A DNA stretch of 36,976 nucleotides. Source: an uncultured Lachnospiraceae bacterium (lineage in GTDB: Bacteria; Bacillota; Clostridia; Lachnospirales; Lachnospiraceae). This document shows, piece after piece, positions 1 through 8,644 of this stretch. A program made the position numbers and the translations under genes. Position 1 is the first letter of the stretch. Every line of letters starts with the position of its first letter. The notes under the pieces are model-generated. The model saw only the letters and a program-made list of their open reading frames with translations, did not search any database and was not told where the DNA came from. The stretch covers positions 1 through 36,976 of the forward strand of contig CADAQV010000001.1 of assembly GCA_902790095.1 (NCBI GenBank), read 5' to 3'.

Positions 1-179
1 ATTTGGACGATGCCCACTTAGCCGGTCTGCCGTCCTGCCGCATTGTACACGGACGCGGCACGGGAGCGTTGAGAAACGCCGTTCATCAGCACCTAAAAAA
101 GCAGAAATACATAAAATCCTTCCGCCTTGGCGAATACGGCGAGGGCGATGCCGGCGTGACTGTCGCGGAATTTAAATAA
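1..179 (+). CDS. mutS2: Endonuclease MutS2, C-terminal Smr domain (5'-truncated by the window edge)
   Basis: Frame 3 reads LDDAHLAGLPSCRIVHGRGTGALRNAVHQHLKKQKYIKSFRLGEYGEGDAGVTVAEFK and ends at TAA 177-179. The HGxGTGxLR...V..HL pattern followed by ..GEGG.GVT.V is the Smr signature found at the MutS2 C-terminus. It is absent from the ORF track because the start lies outside the window. Confidence 0.8.
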   Translation, partial: LDDAHLAGLPSCRIVHGRGTGALRNAVHQHLKKQKYIKSFRLGEYGEGDAGVTVAEFK

Positions 180-222
180 ACCGGGGAACACAAGACCGGA
201 ATCATAAAAAAGGAAAAAGAAA

Positions 223-930
223 ATGGCTGACAAACAAAAGATACTTATTGTAGATGATGATGAAAACATTGCAGAACTAATCTCCCTTTACCTTATAAAG
301 GAATGCTTCGACTGCATGACCGTCTATGACGGACAATCCGCCATAAACGCTTTTGACGTATATTCTCCGGATCTTATCATGCTGGATCTGATGCTTCCGG
401 GAAAGGACGGATATGAGGTCTGCAGAGAGATCCGCAAAAAATCCCGCACTCCCATAATCATGCTGTCGGCAAAGGGCGAGGTATTTGACAAAGTACTTGG
501 CCTTGAGCTTGGCGCGGACGATTATATGATAAAGCCCTTTGACCCCAAAGAGCTTGTGGCAAGGGTAAAAGCAGTTCTAAGAAGAACGGGTGTGCCGTCT
601 GCCCCCGCGGAGGATATGACGCAGCACACTGGTGAATACGTTTCATACCCCGACCTTACGGTCAATCTTTCAAACTATTCTGTTATATACATGGGAAAGC
701 CGCTTGAAATGCCCCCTAAAGAGCTTGAGCTTTTGTATTATCTTGCAAAAACTCCAAACCGCGTGCACACAAGGGAAGAGCTTTTGGACCAGCTTTGGGG
801 ATACGACTACCACGGCGACACCAGAACCGTGGATGTGCACATAAAGCGCCTTAGAGAAAAGATAAAGGATCATGAAAAATGGGCTCTTTCCACCGTATGG
901 GGCGTGGGATACAAATTCGAACTGAAGTAA
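223..930 (+). CDS. OmpR/PhoB-family two-component response regulator
   Basis: 235 aa. Receiver domain (ILIVDDD, DLIMLDLMLPG, YMIKPF) plus C-terminal winged-helix output (RTVDVHIKRLREKI, WGVGYKF). Purine-rich SD upstream of the ATG. Confidence 0.95.
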   Translation: MADKQKILIVDDDENIAELISLYLIKECFDCMTVYDGQSAINAFDVYSPDLIMLDLMLPGKDGYEVCREIRKKSRTPIIMLSAKGEVFDKVLGLELGADDYMIKPFDPKELVARVKAVLRRTGVPSAPAEDMTQHTGEYVSYPDLTVNLSNYSVIYMGKPLEMPPKELELLYYLAKTPNRVHTREELLDQLWGYDYHGDTRTVDVHIKRLREKIKDHEKWALSTVWGVGYKFELK

Positions 931-939
931 GGGCAGGCT

Positions 940-2334
940 ATGAAGCATTCATTATACATAAAATTTCTGCTCGTCTACCTTGGATTTGCCGTTCTGGGTG
1001 TAGTGCTGATCGCCACCTTAGGCGTCGGGCTCAACAAAAGCTACCGCTTGAACCTCATAGAGGAACAGCTGTATGACGAGGCATATTATATCGTGAGCAC
1101 GTTCAAGACGGACCTGCTTTTAGAAGATGCCGTAACCGATCCGAGACTGGACAGCATTCAGGCTCTTGAAAAAAGCCGCGACTGCAGGCTATGGATCTTA
1201 GATCCTTCATCTAAGGTCCTGTATCCACAGACAAATCTTGTCATTACGGATTTTGACCCTGCAAAAAGCAATTCCCATCACGCCTTTACATCAAGGCTTG
1301 CCGACAGCCAGGCAGAGGATCAGATATGTGTCTATGCGCCGATAGTGAGCGGCTTTAAGACCACAGGCTATGTTATAATCTCATATCCGCGCTCATCAGC
1401 CATGGCGCAGATAAATCAGGCGACGAATGTACTTTATGTCATTACCCTCGGGGTCTTTCTGATATCACTTATTCTGCTTTTGTTCATACATATCCTGATA
1501 CTAAAGCCCATTAAGCAGATCACAAAGGCCGCCTCGGAATACGCTTCCGGAAACCTGGAATACAAATATAACTATTCTTCAAATGACGAGATCGGTGTGC
1601 TTTCAAAGACGCAGCTTTTCATGGCATCTGCTCTTGCAAGCACTGCGGAAGACCAGCGCAAATTCATAACGAATGTATCGCACGACTTCCGCTCTCCCCT
1701 TACATCCATCCGAGGCTACCTTGAGGCCATACTGGACGGCACCATCCCTCCCGAGCTTGAAGGGAAATACCTTCGCATCGTAAAGGATGAGACCGACAGA
1801 CTTTCACAGCTGACCCAGAGCATTCTGGATCTTAACACCTTTGGAAAGAGCGGTGTTATTTTAAACATTTCGGATTTCGATATCCACCACGAGATAAAAA
1901 AGATACTTGCGACTTTCGAAGGCCGCTGCAGCGAAAAACATATCGTTTTCGAGCTCACCTTCGCATCCCGCGAACTTTTTGTTCACGCTGACCTTGGCCG
2001 GATCCAGCAGGCTCTCTACAACCTTATCGACAACGCCATAAAGTTCAGCCCGCAAAACTCCACCATCTTCATAGAAACCAGCGAGAACAAGGGCAAGGTC
2101 TATGTTTCCGTAAAAGACCAGGGCCCCGGCATCTCCGCCGAAAACCTCGGCAAGATATGGGACCGTTTCTACAAGGTCGACCCTTCAAGAGGGCGCGACA
2201 AAAAAGGCTCCGGTCTCGGGCTTTCCATCACGCGTGAGATCATTCAGGCCCATGGGGAAAATATAGATGTAATAAGCACCGAAGGAGTCGGGACGGAATT
2301 TATATTCTCGCTTATGCCGACAAAGACTGAATGA
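940..2334 (+). CDS. Sensor histidine kinase (TM-sensor loop-TM-HAMP-HisKA-HATPase_c)
   Basis: 464 aa, starting 10 nt after the regulator stop. Two hydrophobic segments flank a roughly 140-aa loop. H-box VSHDFRSPLTSIRGY, N-box LIDNAIKFS, G1 DQGPGI, G2 GSGLGLSI. Confidence 0.95.
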   Translation: MKHSLYIKFLLVYLGFAVLGVVLIATLGVGLNKSYRLNLIEEQLYDEAYYIVSTFKTDLLLEDAVTDPRLDSIQALEKSRDCRLWILDPSSKVLYPQTNLVITDFDPAKSNSHHAFTSRLADSQAEDQICVYAPIVSGFKTTGYVIISYPRSSAMAQINQATNVLYVITLGVFLISLILLLFIHILILKPIKQITKAASEYASGNLEYKYNYSSNDEIGVLSKTQLFMASALASTAEDQRKFITNVSHDFRSPLTSIRGYLEAILDGTIPPELEGKYLRIVKDETDRLSQLTQSILDLNTFGKSGVILNISDFDIHHEIKKILATFEGRCSEKHIVFELTFASRELFVHADLGRIQQALYNLIDNAIKFSPQNSTIFIETSENKGKVYVSVKDQGPGISAENLGKIWDRFYKVDPSRGRDKKGSGLGLSITREIIQAHGENIDVISTEGVGTEFIFSLMPTKTE

Positions 2335-2360
2335 GGCAACTATAAAAAGAAAAAGAAAAA

Positions 2361-2402
2361 CATACCCCGCAGGCTAAAATACCTGACAGGGTATGTTTTT
2401 TT
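2361..2402 (+). terminator. Intrinsic terminator of the two-component operon (also the first unit of the repeat array)
   Basis: CATACCC(CGCAGG)...(CCTGACA)GGGTATG hairpin followed directly by T7 (2396-2402), 27 nt after the kinase stop. Confidence 0.55.
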
Positions 2403-2834
2403 ACCGTCAGCCAGAATAATGCATACCCTTTAGGACATTTTTCTTGTTTGGGTATGACTGCCGTCAAGGATATTACATACCCTTTAGGACATTTTTCTTG
2501 TTTAGGTATGACTGCCGTCAAGGATATTACATACCCTTTAAGACATTTTTCTTGTTTGGGTATGACTGTCATCAAGGATATTACATACCCTTTAGGGCAT
2601 TTTTCTTGTTTAGGTATGACTGTCATCAAGGATAATGCATACCCTGCAGGACATTTTTCTTGTTTGGGTATGACATGCATTAAGAAAAAAGCATACCCTA
2701 TGGGAAGAATTGCCGGTTAGAGTATGACATAAATGAAAAAAACATCATACCCTGAGAGCAAAATATCCCCTTTGGGTATGACATTCGCCAAAAGCAAGGT
2801 ATACCCTAAAGGGCATTTTGATGCTCAGGGTATG
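2361..2834. repeat. Phased array of nine CATACCC-N21-GGGTATG inverted-repeat units, eight of them at an exact 54-bp period
   Basis: Left half-sites start at 2361, 2422, 2476, 2530, 2584, 2638, 2692, 2746 and 2800. The spacer between half-sites is 21 nt in all nine units. Units 2-5 are near-identical over the full 54 bp. Units 1 and 6-9 share only the half-sites, spacing and phase. Confidence 0.9.
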
Positions 2835-2845
2835 AAAAAAGCAAC

Positions 2846-2876
2846 AAAAAAGGACCGGGGGGGACCAGTCCTTTTT
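2846..2876. terminator. Bidirectional hairpin terminator (probable ftsH terminator, right boundary of the repeat array)
   Basis: AAAAAGGAC-(13-nt loop containing G7)-GTCCTTTTT, so the stem is flanked by a T-run in both orientations. The GC core is only 4 bp, hence moderate confidence. Confidence 0.45.
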
Positions 2877-3033
2877 CGTGTTACAAAAACCATATAATGT
2901 ATTGGGGGGGTTACGTGCGTAATATTAGCATAATTTCCTCCAAAAGTGTGCCCAAACTTCACAAAAATACAAATTTATTTTTGTGCACATTATACAAAAC
3001 GGGCCTTTGTTTGCTTTTTCGACAAAAGAAACA

Positions 3034-4875
3034 TCATGTAAAGAGGGCTTCAAACTCTTCTGTGGTGATCCTTTCCCTTTCCATAAGAAGGGCGGCAGAC
3101 TTGTGCAAAACGTCCATATGCTGCTTTATTATCGCTTCTGCTTTCTTGTAGCAGTCGTCTACTATCTTTCTTACCTCGCGGTCGATAGCTGCGGCCGTAT
3201 CTTCACTGTATTCGTGGGTGTTGCCAACACCGCCGCCGACAAATACCTGACGGTCGTTGTCACCGTAGTGGATCATGCCGAGGGATTCGGTCATGCCGTA
3301 ATCCATGACCATGGATCTTGCGGCTGCCGTAGCATCCTTTATGTCCTGAGAGGCTCCTGTCGTAACGTCGCCAAAGATCAGCGCTTCGGCTATTCTGCCG
3401 CCAAGGCAGACCTGAATATGCTGAAGGATGCGTTCTTTTGAAAGGTACATGCGATCCTTATCGGGAAGGGGCATGGTATAGCCTGCTGCGCCGACTCCTG
3501 TGGGGATGATGGAAATGATCCTTACGGGGTCCATAAGAGGAAGAACTTTAAAGAGTATCGCATGGCCGGATTCGTGGTAGGCCGTGATCCTCTTTTCGTC
3601 CTCGCTTATGATGCGCGACTTCTTTTCCGTTCCTATGCTTACCTTTATGAAGGACTTGTCTATATCTTCCTGCCTGATGAACTTTCTGCCGTCCTTTACG
3701 GCGCTTATAGCTGCTTCGTTCATAAGGTTTTCAAGGTCTGCACCCGTGTAGCCCGCGGTGGTCTGAGCGACCTTTTCAAGGTCGACATCGTCTCCTAAGG
3801 GCTTGTTTGCGGTATGCACCTTTAATATCTCGCTTCTGCCGCCTATATCGGGCCTTCCGACAACGATCTTGCGGTCGAATCTGCCCGCACGAAGAAGCGC
3901 GGGGTCAAGTATATCGACTCTGTTGGTGGCCGCAAGAACGATTATGCCTGAATTGAATTCAAAACCGTCCATTTCCACAAGGAGCTGGTTTAAGGTCTGT
4001 TCTCTTTCGTCGTGGCCGCCTCCGAGGCCGCTGCCTCTTCTTCTTCCCACGGCATCGATCTCGTCTATAAAGATGATGCAGGGTGCGCTTGACTTGGCCT
4101 CGTTAAACATATCCCTTACACGGCTCGCGCCGACGCCGACAAACATTTCGACAAAATCGGAGCCGGAGATCGAAAAGAACGGAACTCCTGCTTCCCCTGC
4201 TATAGCCTTTGCAAGAAGTGTCTTACCTGTTCCTGGCGGGCCCTCAAGGAGTATGCCCTTGGGAACATGTGCGCCCATCTCGTTATATTTTGCGGGGTCT
4301 TTAAGGAAATCGACTATTTCTGTCATTTCCTCTTTTTCTTCTTTTAAGCCTGCGACATCTTTAAAGGTGGTCTTGTTGTCCTTTTCACCCATTTTCCTTG
4401 CACGGCTCTTTCCGAAGGAGAGCATCTTGTCGCCGCTCTTCATGCCGCTTTCCATATATGCGGCATTTCCGATGGAAGAAAACAGAACGAACAAAAATGC
4501 TATGACTACTCCCAGCAGAAGTATGGGCAGCACCGTGGTCTTTATGTAGCTGTCGCGCTGTACGTCCGTGAGCGTAAAGCCCACCTTATTCTCTGCAAGG
4601 AACTTTTGTATCTCGTTTACATCCGATACATAGAATATAAATTTGCCGTCCCCGTATTCAAACACAACATATCCGGCGGGGACTTCCTTTTCCTGCACCA
4701 CCTTTACGGAATTGACGGTCTCGTTTTTGGTGACAAGGCTTTTGAAATAATCGCCCGTAACCGACTGTGAATAGAAGGTGTCCGCATTTTTGTAAATGTA
4801 AAGAAGATAGAGCATAAGCCCAAGCACTATCAGAAAAAACAGGATACCGGATCGGTTCTTCTTTTTTGCCACCAC
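3034..4875 (-). CDS. ftsH: ATP-dependent zinc metalloprotease FtsH
   Basis: 613 aa. N-terminal TM pair, Walker [14 protein letters not shown], Walker [10 protein letters not shown], second region of homology [20 protein letters not shown], zinc site HESGHA. Confidence 0.97.
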   Translation of the reverse strand: MVAKKKNRSGILFFLIVLGLMLYLLYIYKNADTFYSQSVTGDYFKSLVTKNETVNSVKVVQEKEVPAGYVVFEYGDGKFIFYVSDVNEIQKFLAENKVGFTLTDVQRDSYIKTTVLPILLLGVVIAFLFVLFSSIGNAAYMESGMKSGDKMLSFGKSRARKMGEKDNKTTFKDVAGLKEEKEEMTEIVDFLKDPAKYNEMGAHVPKGILLEGPPGTGKTLLAKAIAGEAGVPFFSISGSDFVEMFVGVGASRVRDMFNEAKSSAPCIIFIDEIDAVGRRRGSGLGGGHDEREQTLNQLLVEMDGFEFNSGIIVLAATNRVDILDPALLRAGRFDRKIVVGRPDIGGRSEILKVHTANKPLGDDVDLEKVAQTTAGYTGADLENLMNEAAISAVKDGRKFIRQEDIDKSFIKVSIGTEKKSRIISEDEKRITAYHESGHAILFKVLPLMDPVRIISIIPTGVGAAGYTMPLPDKDRMYLSKERILQHIQVCLGGRIAEALIFGDVTTGASQDIKDATAAARSMVMDYGMTESLGMIHYGDNDRQVFVGGGVGNTHEYSEDTAAAIDREVRKIVDDCYKKAEAIIKQHMDVLHKSAALLMERERITTEEFEALFT

Positions 4876-4878
4876 CTG

Positions 4879-5412
4879 TTATTCCTCCTCGAAGCTTATG
4901 CAGCCGACATAGGGCAGATTTCTGTATTTCTGATCGTAATCAAGTCCCATTCCTACGACAAACTTATCGGGAATCGAAAATCCCAGATAATCCGGTGTTA
5001 CCTTTTTCTGCACACGTCTTGAGGGCTTGTCAAGAAGCGCGCATACGCTGATATCCGATGCGCCGCGGCTTAAAAGAGTGCTTGTAAGAGCCGCAATGGT
5101 GTTGCCTGTGTCTATTATGTCTTCGGCAATAAGAACATGGCAGCCTTCTATGGGCATGTCAAGGTCTTTGACGATGCGTACTTCTCCGCTTGAATATGTT
5201 CCGCTGCCATAGCTTTGTGCCTGCATAAAATCCATGATCACCGGCACCTGTATCCTTTTTGCCAGCTCGCACGCAAACATTGCGCCGCCTTTTAATATCC
5301 CGATAAGTCTTATTTCTTTTCCGTAATAAGCCTTCGAGATCTCGTCTCCGAGTTCATTGATTCGCTTTTTGATCTCTTTTTCGCTTATAAGCTCTGTAAT
5401 GATCTCTTTCAC
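4879..5412 (-). CDS. hpt: Hypoxanthine phosphoribosyltransferase
   Basis: 177 aa. PRPP-binding loop VLIAEDIIDTGNT. GTG start overlaps the tilS stop (GTGA) with GGAGG 7 nt upstream. The tilS-hpt-ftsH order matches Bacillus. Confidence 0.95.
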   Translation of the reverse strand: MKEIITELISEKEIKKRINELGDEISKAYYGKEIRLIGILKGGAMFACELAKRIQVPVIMDFMQAQSYGSGTYSSGEVRIVKDLDMPIEGCHVLIAEDIIDTGNTIAALTSTLLSRGASDISVCALLDKPSRRVQKKVTPDYLGFSIPDKFVVGMGLDYDQKYRNLPYVGCISFEEE

Positions 5413-6800
5413 TGTTCTTCCTCCGTATATAGTCTTATTATCCTTTTACTGCCTTCATCCACTTCAAAGCCGCAGCTGTCGCGGTATCCTGCGACCGCTA
5501 AGATAAGGCTTCCCGCCGCAAAGACAGGAATGGTCTTCCTTTTTTTCTCGTCGATCCTTTGCTGCTTCAAATAAACCGAAAGCTTCTTTTTATGCCCCGC
5601 GCGGTCGATCATAAGATGATCGCCCTCTAACGGCGTCCTGACAAGCAGTTCTCCGCTACCGTGCATAATGATTTTATCATAATCAAACCATTTAGCAAAG
5701 CTGTAATTATCATCTTTTTTTATTTTATCAAGGACTTCTCCGGCCGGCAGATCCGTAAACTCATATTTAAGCTTAACGGCCTTTTCACCGGAGTCCTTTC
5801 CAAAGACGATGTCGTCAAAAGACCTTCTTACCTCGCGGCCCTTTGCGATGCATACCTTTTTGCCGCTTTGGGCGCAGGTAAGTGCAAGCACATCTTCGAC
5901 CTGGGCAAGCGAAACATCCGTAAGCCCGCCCGTTTCTTTTATTGCAAGGCGGATGGCCTCTTTTGCAAGAGCAGGGTGCGCATCACTTAATGCCTCTGCA
6001 TTTATGCGAATCTCCCCGCCCGACCTAGCAGCATTGTTTTCAAGAAACTTTAAGGCCTCACCCGAAAGATAATCGCTCACCTCTCCCATAAGATCGGCAT
6101 ATCTGCCTGCGACCTTAGTAAAGGAAGGGTACAGCTGCTTTATCTGCGGAAGTATCTTCAGCCTTATTGCGTTACGCGTGTATTTGTCTTCGCTGTTTGT
6201 CTCATCCTCGCGCCAGATATGGCCTCTAGCCACCAGCGCTTCAAGAAGCTCCTCGTGGGTGAATAAAAGAAACGGTCTTATTATCTCATATGAAAAACCG
6301 TCTTCCTTTGTTATTACCGCTCTTTCCCTTATTCCGCCCATACCGAGGCTGCCGCTGCCGCGGAAAAGGTTCATAAGCAGCGTCTCTTCGCGGTCGTTTG
6401 CATGGTGCGCAAGAAAAAGCTTCGCATCGGCTTTTTCATCGCCCCGGCGCAGTGCCTCTTCAAAGGCGTCCCTTCTGGCCTTTCTTCCCGCAAGTTCAAG
6501 GCTTATGCCTTCTTTTGCGGCATTTTCGGGAACATTTATTTTTTTTACGGTCAGCGGTGTACCGGTCTCGCCGCAAAGTGCCTTAACGAACCGAAGATCC
6601 TCGTCCGCGCTTTCACCTCTTATCATGTGATGAACATGGACCGCAGTAAGGAAAGCTCCTGTATCTTTGCAGGCGCTTATCAGCGCATAAAAAAGCGCCA
6701 CCGAATCGCCGCCTCCTGAAAGACCTATCACAGCCTTATCGCCCTTTTTCAAAAGGCCCTCGTTTATAAGCCTTAATGCTGTCTTATCTATCGCATCCAT
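5409..6800 (-). CDS. tilS: tRNA(Ile)-lysidine synthetase
   Basis: 463 aa. N-terminal PP-loop GLSGGGDS, and conserved position upstream of hpt-ftsH. Confidence 0.92.
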   Translation of the reverse strand: MDAIDKTALRLINEGLLKKGDKAVIGLSGGGDSVALFYALISACKDTGAFLTAVHVHHMIRGESADEDLRFVKALCGETGTPLTVKKINVPENAAKEGISLELAGRKARRDAFEEALRRGDEKADAKLFLAHHANDREETLLMNLFRGSGSLGMGGIRERAVITKEDGFSYEIIRPFLLFTHEELLEALVARGHIWREDETNSEDKYTRNAIRLKILPQIKQLYPSFTKVAGRYADLMGEVSDYLSGEALKFLENNAARSGGEIRINAEALSDAHPALAKEAIRLAIKETGGLTDVSLAQVEDVLALTCAQSGKKVCIAKGREVRRSFDDIVFGKDSGEKAVKLKYEFTDLPAGEVLDKIKKDDNYSFAKWFDYDKIIMHGSGELLVRTPLEGDHLMIDRAGHKKKLSVYLKQQRIDEKKRKTIPVFAAGSLILAVAGYRDSCGFEVDEGSKRIIRLYTEEEQ

Positions 6801-6861
6801 CTATCCCAAATATCCTTTATATCTCAAAAAAGCAGAGCCCAAAGAGGAAGCTGCTGCCCCT

Positions 6862-7173
6862 TTAGTTCCCTGCTTTAACTGCATACTCGTCTTCGCCGAC
6901 CAGCCCGAACTTTTCTCTGGCGGTCTTTTCTGCAAATTCATCCGACTTTACATATCTTTCGTATTTGTCAAGCTGCTCGCTTCTTTCTTCCTGCGCAGCT
7001 ATGCTTTCTTTTATCTGCGCTTCCTGAGCATTATATTCGGCGTTCTTGCTGTGAAGCCTGCTTCTGCCCCAGAGAAGCGCCGTACCAAGGAGAATACATA
7101 CAGCGACGATTATGAGCACACTGATCTTGTTTGATCTTCCGGCAACTGCCTTCATCCTGCCGTTTGGCTGCAT
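6862..7173 (-). CDS. divIC: Septum formation initiator (FtsB/DivIC family)
   Basis: 103 aa. Single TM (ISVLIIVAVCILLGTALLW), a coiled coil, then a family-typical C-terminus (EKTAREKFGLVGEDEY). GGAGGGGG SD. Synteny with Bacillus yabO...divIC...tilS. Confidence 0.8.
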   Translation of the reverse strand: MQPNGRMKAVAGRSNKISVLIIVAVCILLGTALLWGRSRLHSKNAEYNAQEAQIKESIAAQEERSEQLDKYERYVKSDEFAEKTAREKFGLVGEDEYAVKAGN

Positions 7174-7272
7174 GATCTCCCCCTCCTTTCGTTTGCGGCC
7201 CGGAACTTGTACTTAAAAAAAGCCACAAAACCAATATATATTTTTTCTTCGAATAATGCAAGGGGAAAATAA

Positions 7273-7290
7273 CGTTTTTGCGCAAAAACG
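7273..7290 (-). terminator. Possible terminator after the S4-domain gene
   Basis: Perfect 18-nt palindrome CGTTTTTGCGCAAAAACG one nt after the stop codon, followed on the minus strand by TTATTTT. Confidence 0.4.
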
Positions 7291-7291
7291 A

Positions 7292-7537
7292 TCAAATACT
7301 TTCGTACATTTCGCCCGCCAGCTCTTTTTTGACCGTTTCGGTAACGCTTACGACCCTGACATTAACCTCACGGTTTCCAAAACCTATGCATATCTCATCG
7401 CCCACCTTCACCTCGTAGCCGGCCTTGACCACTTTTCCGTTTACTTTTACTCTGCCCGCATCGCAGGCTTCATTTGCTATTGTGCGCCTTTTGATAAGGC
7501 GGGAAACCTTCAAATATTTGTCGAGTCTCATGACCAT
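7292..7537 (-). CDS. S4-domain RNA-binding protein (YabO/Hsp15-like)
   Basis: 81 aa. S4 motif RLDKYLKVSRLIKRRTIANEACDAGRVKVNG. GGAGG upstream. The start could be the second ATG at 7531 (MRLDKYL). Confidence 0.85.
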   Translation of the reverse strand: MVMRLDKYLKVSRLIKRRTIANEACDAGRVKVNGKVVKAGYEVKVGDEICIGFGNREVNVRVVSVTETVKKELAGEMYESI

Positions 7538-7614
7538 AATACCTCCGATATTTCTTTATAGGAATTATAACAAATGCTGCTCCCATTTACAAGAAAAGTT
7601 TAGTATTTTTTAAC

Positions 7615-7643
7615 TTTACTTAAATGCATAAGACTCATAAAAT
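7615..7643 (+). promoter_or_regulatory. Candidate sigma-A promoter for the hydrolase gene
   Basis: TTTACT (7615-7620), 17-nt spacer, TAAAAT (7638-7643), about 43 nt upstream of the ATG with a GGAGG SD in between. Confidence 0.35.
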
Positions 7644-7686
7644 TATATGTAGATGAATCATCTTTATTCATGGAGGTAAAAGACAT

Positions 7687-8613
7687 ATGAAAAAGATCGC
7701 ACTTGGTATAGGAATAGCCGGCGTAGGCGCGTACGCCGCCGCAATGAAATATTTTTTCGACCTGGGATTTAACGCACGGAAACCAAACGGAGAGTTTCAG
7801 ATGATAGGCGCGGGAACGCCATACGAAGAAAAGGGCAAGGAGGGCGCTGCCTGGCTCAATGATTTTGAATCCGACACGGTATATATTACATCGGTCGACG
7901 GCTTAAAGCTTAAGGGCCACTATTTTGCATGTCCCGGCGCCAAACGAACGGTCATCGCTTTTCACGGCTGGAGGGGCAGATGGTATTCGGATTACGCCTG
8001 CATGGGCAGATGGCTCTATGAAAACGGATGCAATCTTTTGTTCCCCGAACAGCGCTGCCAGAACGGAAGCGAAGGCAAATATATGGGCTTTGGCGTGACG
8101 GAAAGCATGGATGTTCCCGCCTGGGTCGCTTGGCTTGACGAGGCTCACCCCTCATCGCTTCCCGTATATATTATCGGGCGTTCAATGGGCGCCGCGACCG
8201 TTCTTATGGCCTGCGGCAAAAAGCTTCCGGACAATGTAAAGGGCATCATCGCAGACTGCGGCTTTACCTGTCCGTATGAAATGCTTAAGGTCCATGCCAA
8301 GGATGCTTTTAATATCCCCGAACACCCTATGATGGACACTCTCAACGTCATCACCAAAGTTAAAATGGGACTCGACCTTAAGGCCCACTCCACGATCGAT
8401 GCAATGAAACAGGCCGAAAAGCCCATACTTTTTATCACCGGCACGGCAGACACCTTTGTACCAAGCTATATGACCAGGCAGAACTATGAAGCCTGCGTTT
8501 CGGAAAAGAAACTCTTCTTGGTTGAGGGCGCCGACCACTGCATGGCCGACCATGTGGATTTTGAAGGATACACCGGCGAGCTGACCGAGTTTTTCAGTAA
8601 ATATGATGCCTAA
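7687..8613 (+). CDS. Membrane-anchored alpha/beta hydrolase
   Basis: 308 aa. N-terminal hydrophobic segment, nucleophile elbow GRSMG, later acidic (TGTADTFV) and His (GADHC) positions consistent with a Ser-Asp-His triad. Confidence 0.85.
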   Translation: MKKIALGIGIAGVGAYAAAMKYFFDLGFNARKPNGEFQMIGAGTPYEEKGKEGAAWLNDFESDTVYITSVDGLKLKGHYFACPGAKRTVIAFHGWRGRWYSDYACMGRWLYENGCNLLFPEQRCQNGSEGKYMGFGVTESMDVPAWVAWLDEAHPSSLPVYIIGRSMGAATVLMACGKKLPDNVKGIIADCGFTCPYEMLKVHAKDAFNIPEHPMMDTLNVITKVKMGLDLKAHSTIDAMKQAEKPILFITGTADTFVPSYMTRQNYEACVSEKKLFLVEGADHCMADHVDFEGYTGELTEFFSKYDA

Positions 8614-8619
8614 AAAAAC

Positions 8620-8644
8620 CTGCGCCTTGCGGCGCAGATTTTTT
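8620..8644. terminator. Bidirectional intrinsic terminator between convergent genes
   Basis: AAAAAAA-CTGCGCC-TTGC-GGCGCAG-ATTTTTT. Confidence 0.65.

Noticed and set aside
2312-2720. Three ORFs across the repeat array (122 aa on the minus strand with MTVIPKQEKCPKGYVISL repeats, and 63 and 90 aa on the plus strand). They could be read as a repeat protein or a multi-core peptide precursor.
   Set aside because: The 54-bp period equals 18 codons, so any stop-free unit stays open when tandemly copied, and three frames are open at once. None of the ORFs has an SD. Conservation is palindromic at the nucleotide level (CATACCC/GGGTATG) rather than frame-specific. The diverged units contain stops. No modifying enzymes lie nearby.
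2361-2834. The array read as a CRISPR locus.
   Set aside because: If CATACCC-N21-GGGTATGAC were the repeat, the spacers would be only 17 nt and are near-identical in units 2-5. In the older units the supposed repeat interior diverges while the period stays fixed. There are no cas genes in the window.
3803-4549. Other long antisense ORFs. Examples are 3803-4549 opposite ftsH, 13820-14776 opposite ppaC, 24061-24939 opposite the GGDEF gene and 24879-25781 opposite pgi. Others are 10407-10964 and 11005-11502 opposite metK/murA, 28468-29160 and 30787-31494 opposite the Tad genes, and 35560-36114 opposite atpA.
   Set aside because: All lie opposite strongly supported genes. Their compositions are Ser/Pro/Arg-rich or Cys/Phe-rich, as expected of reverse frames, and they lack SD sequences.
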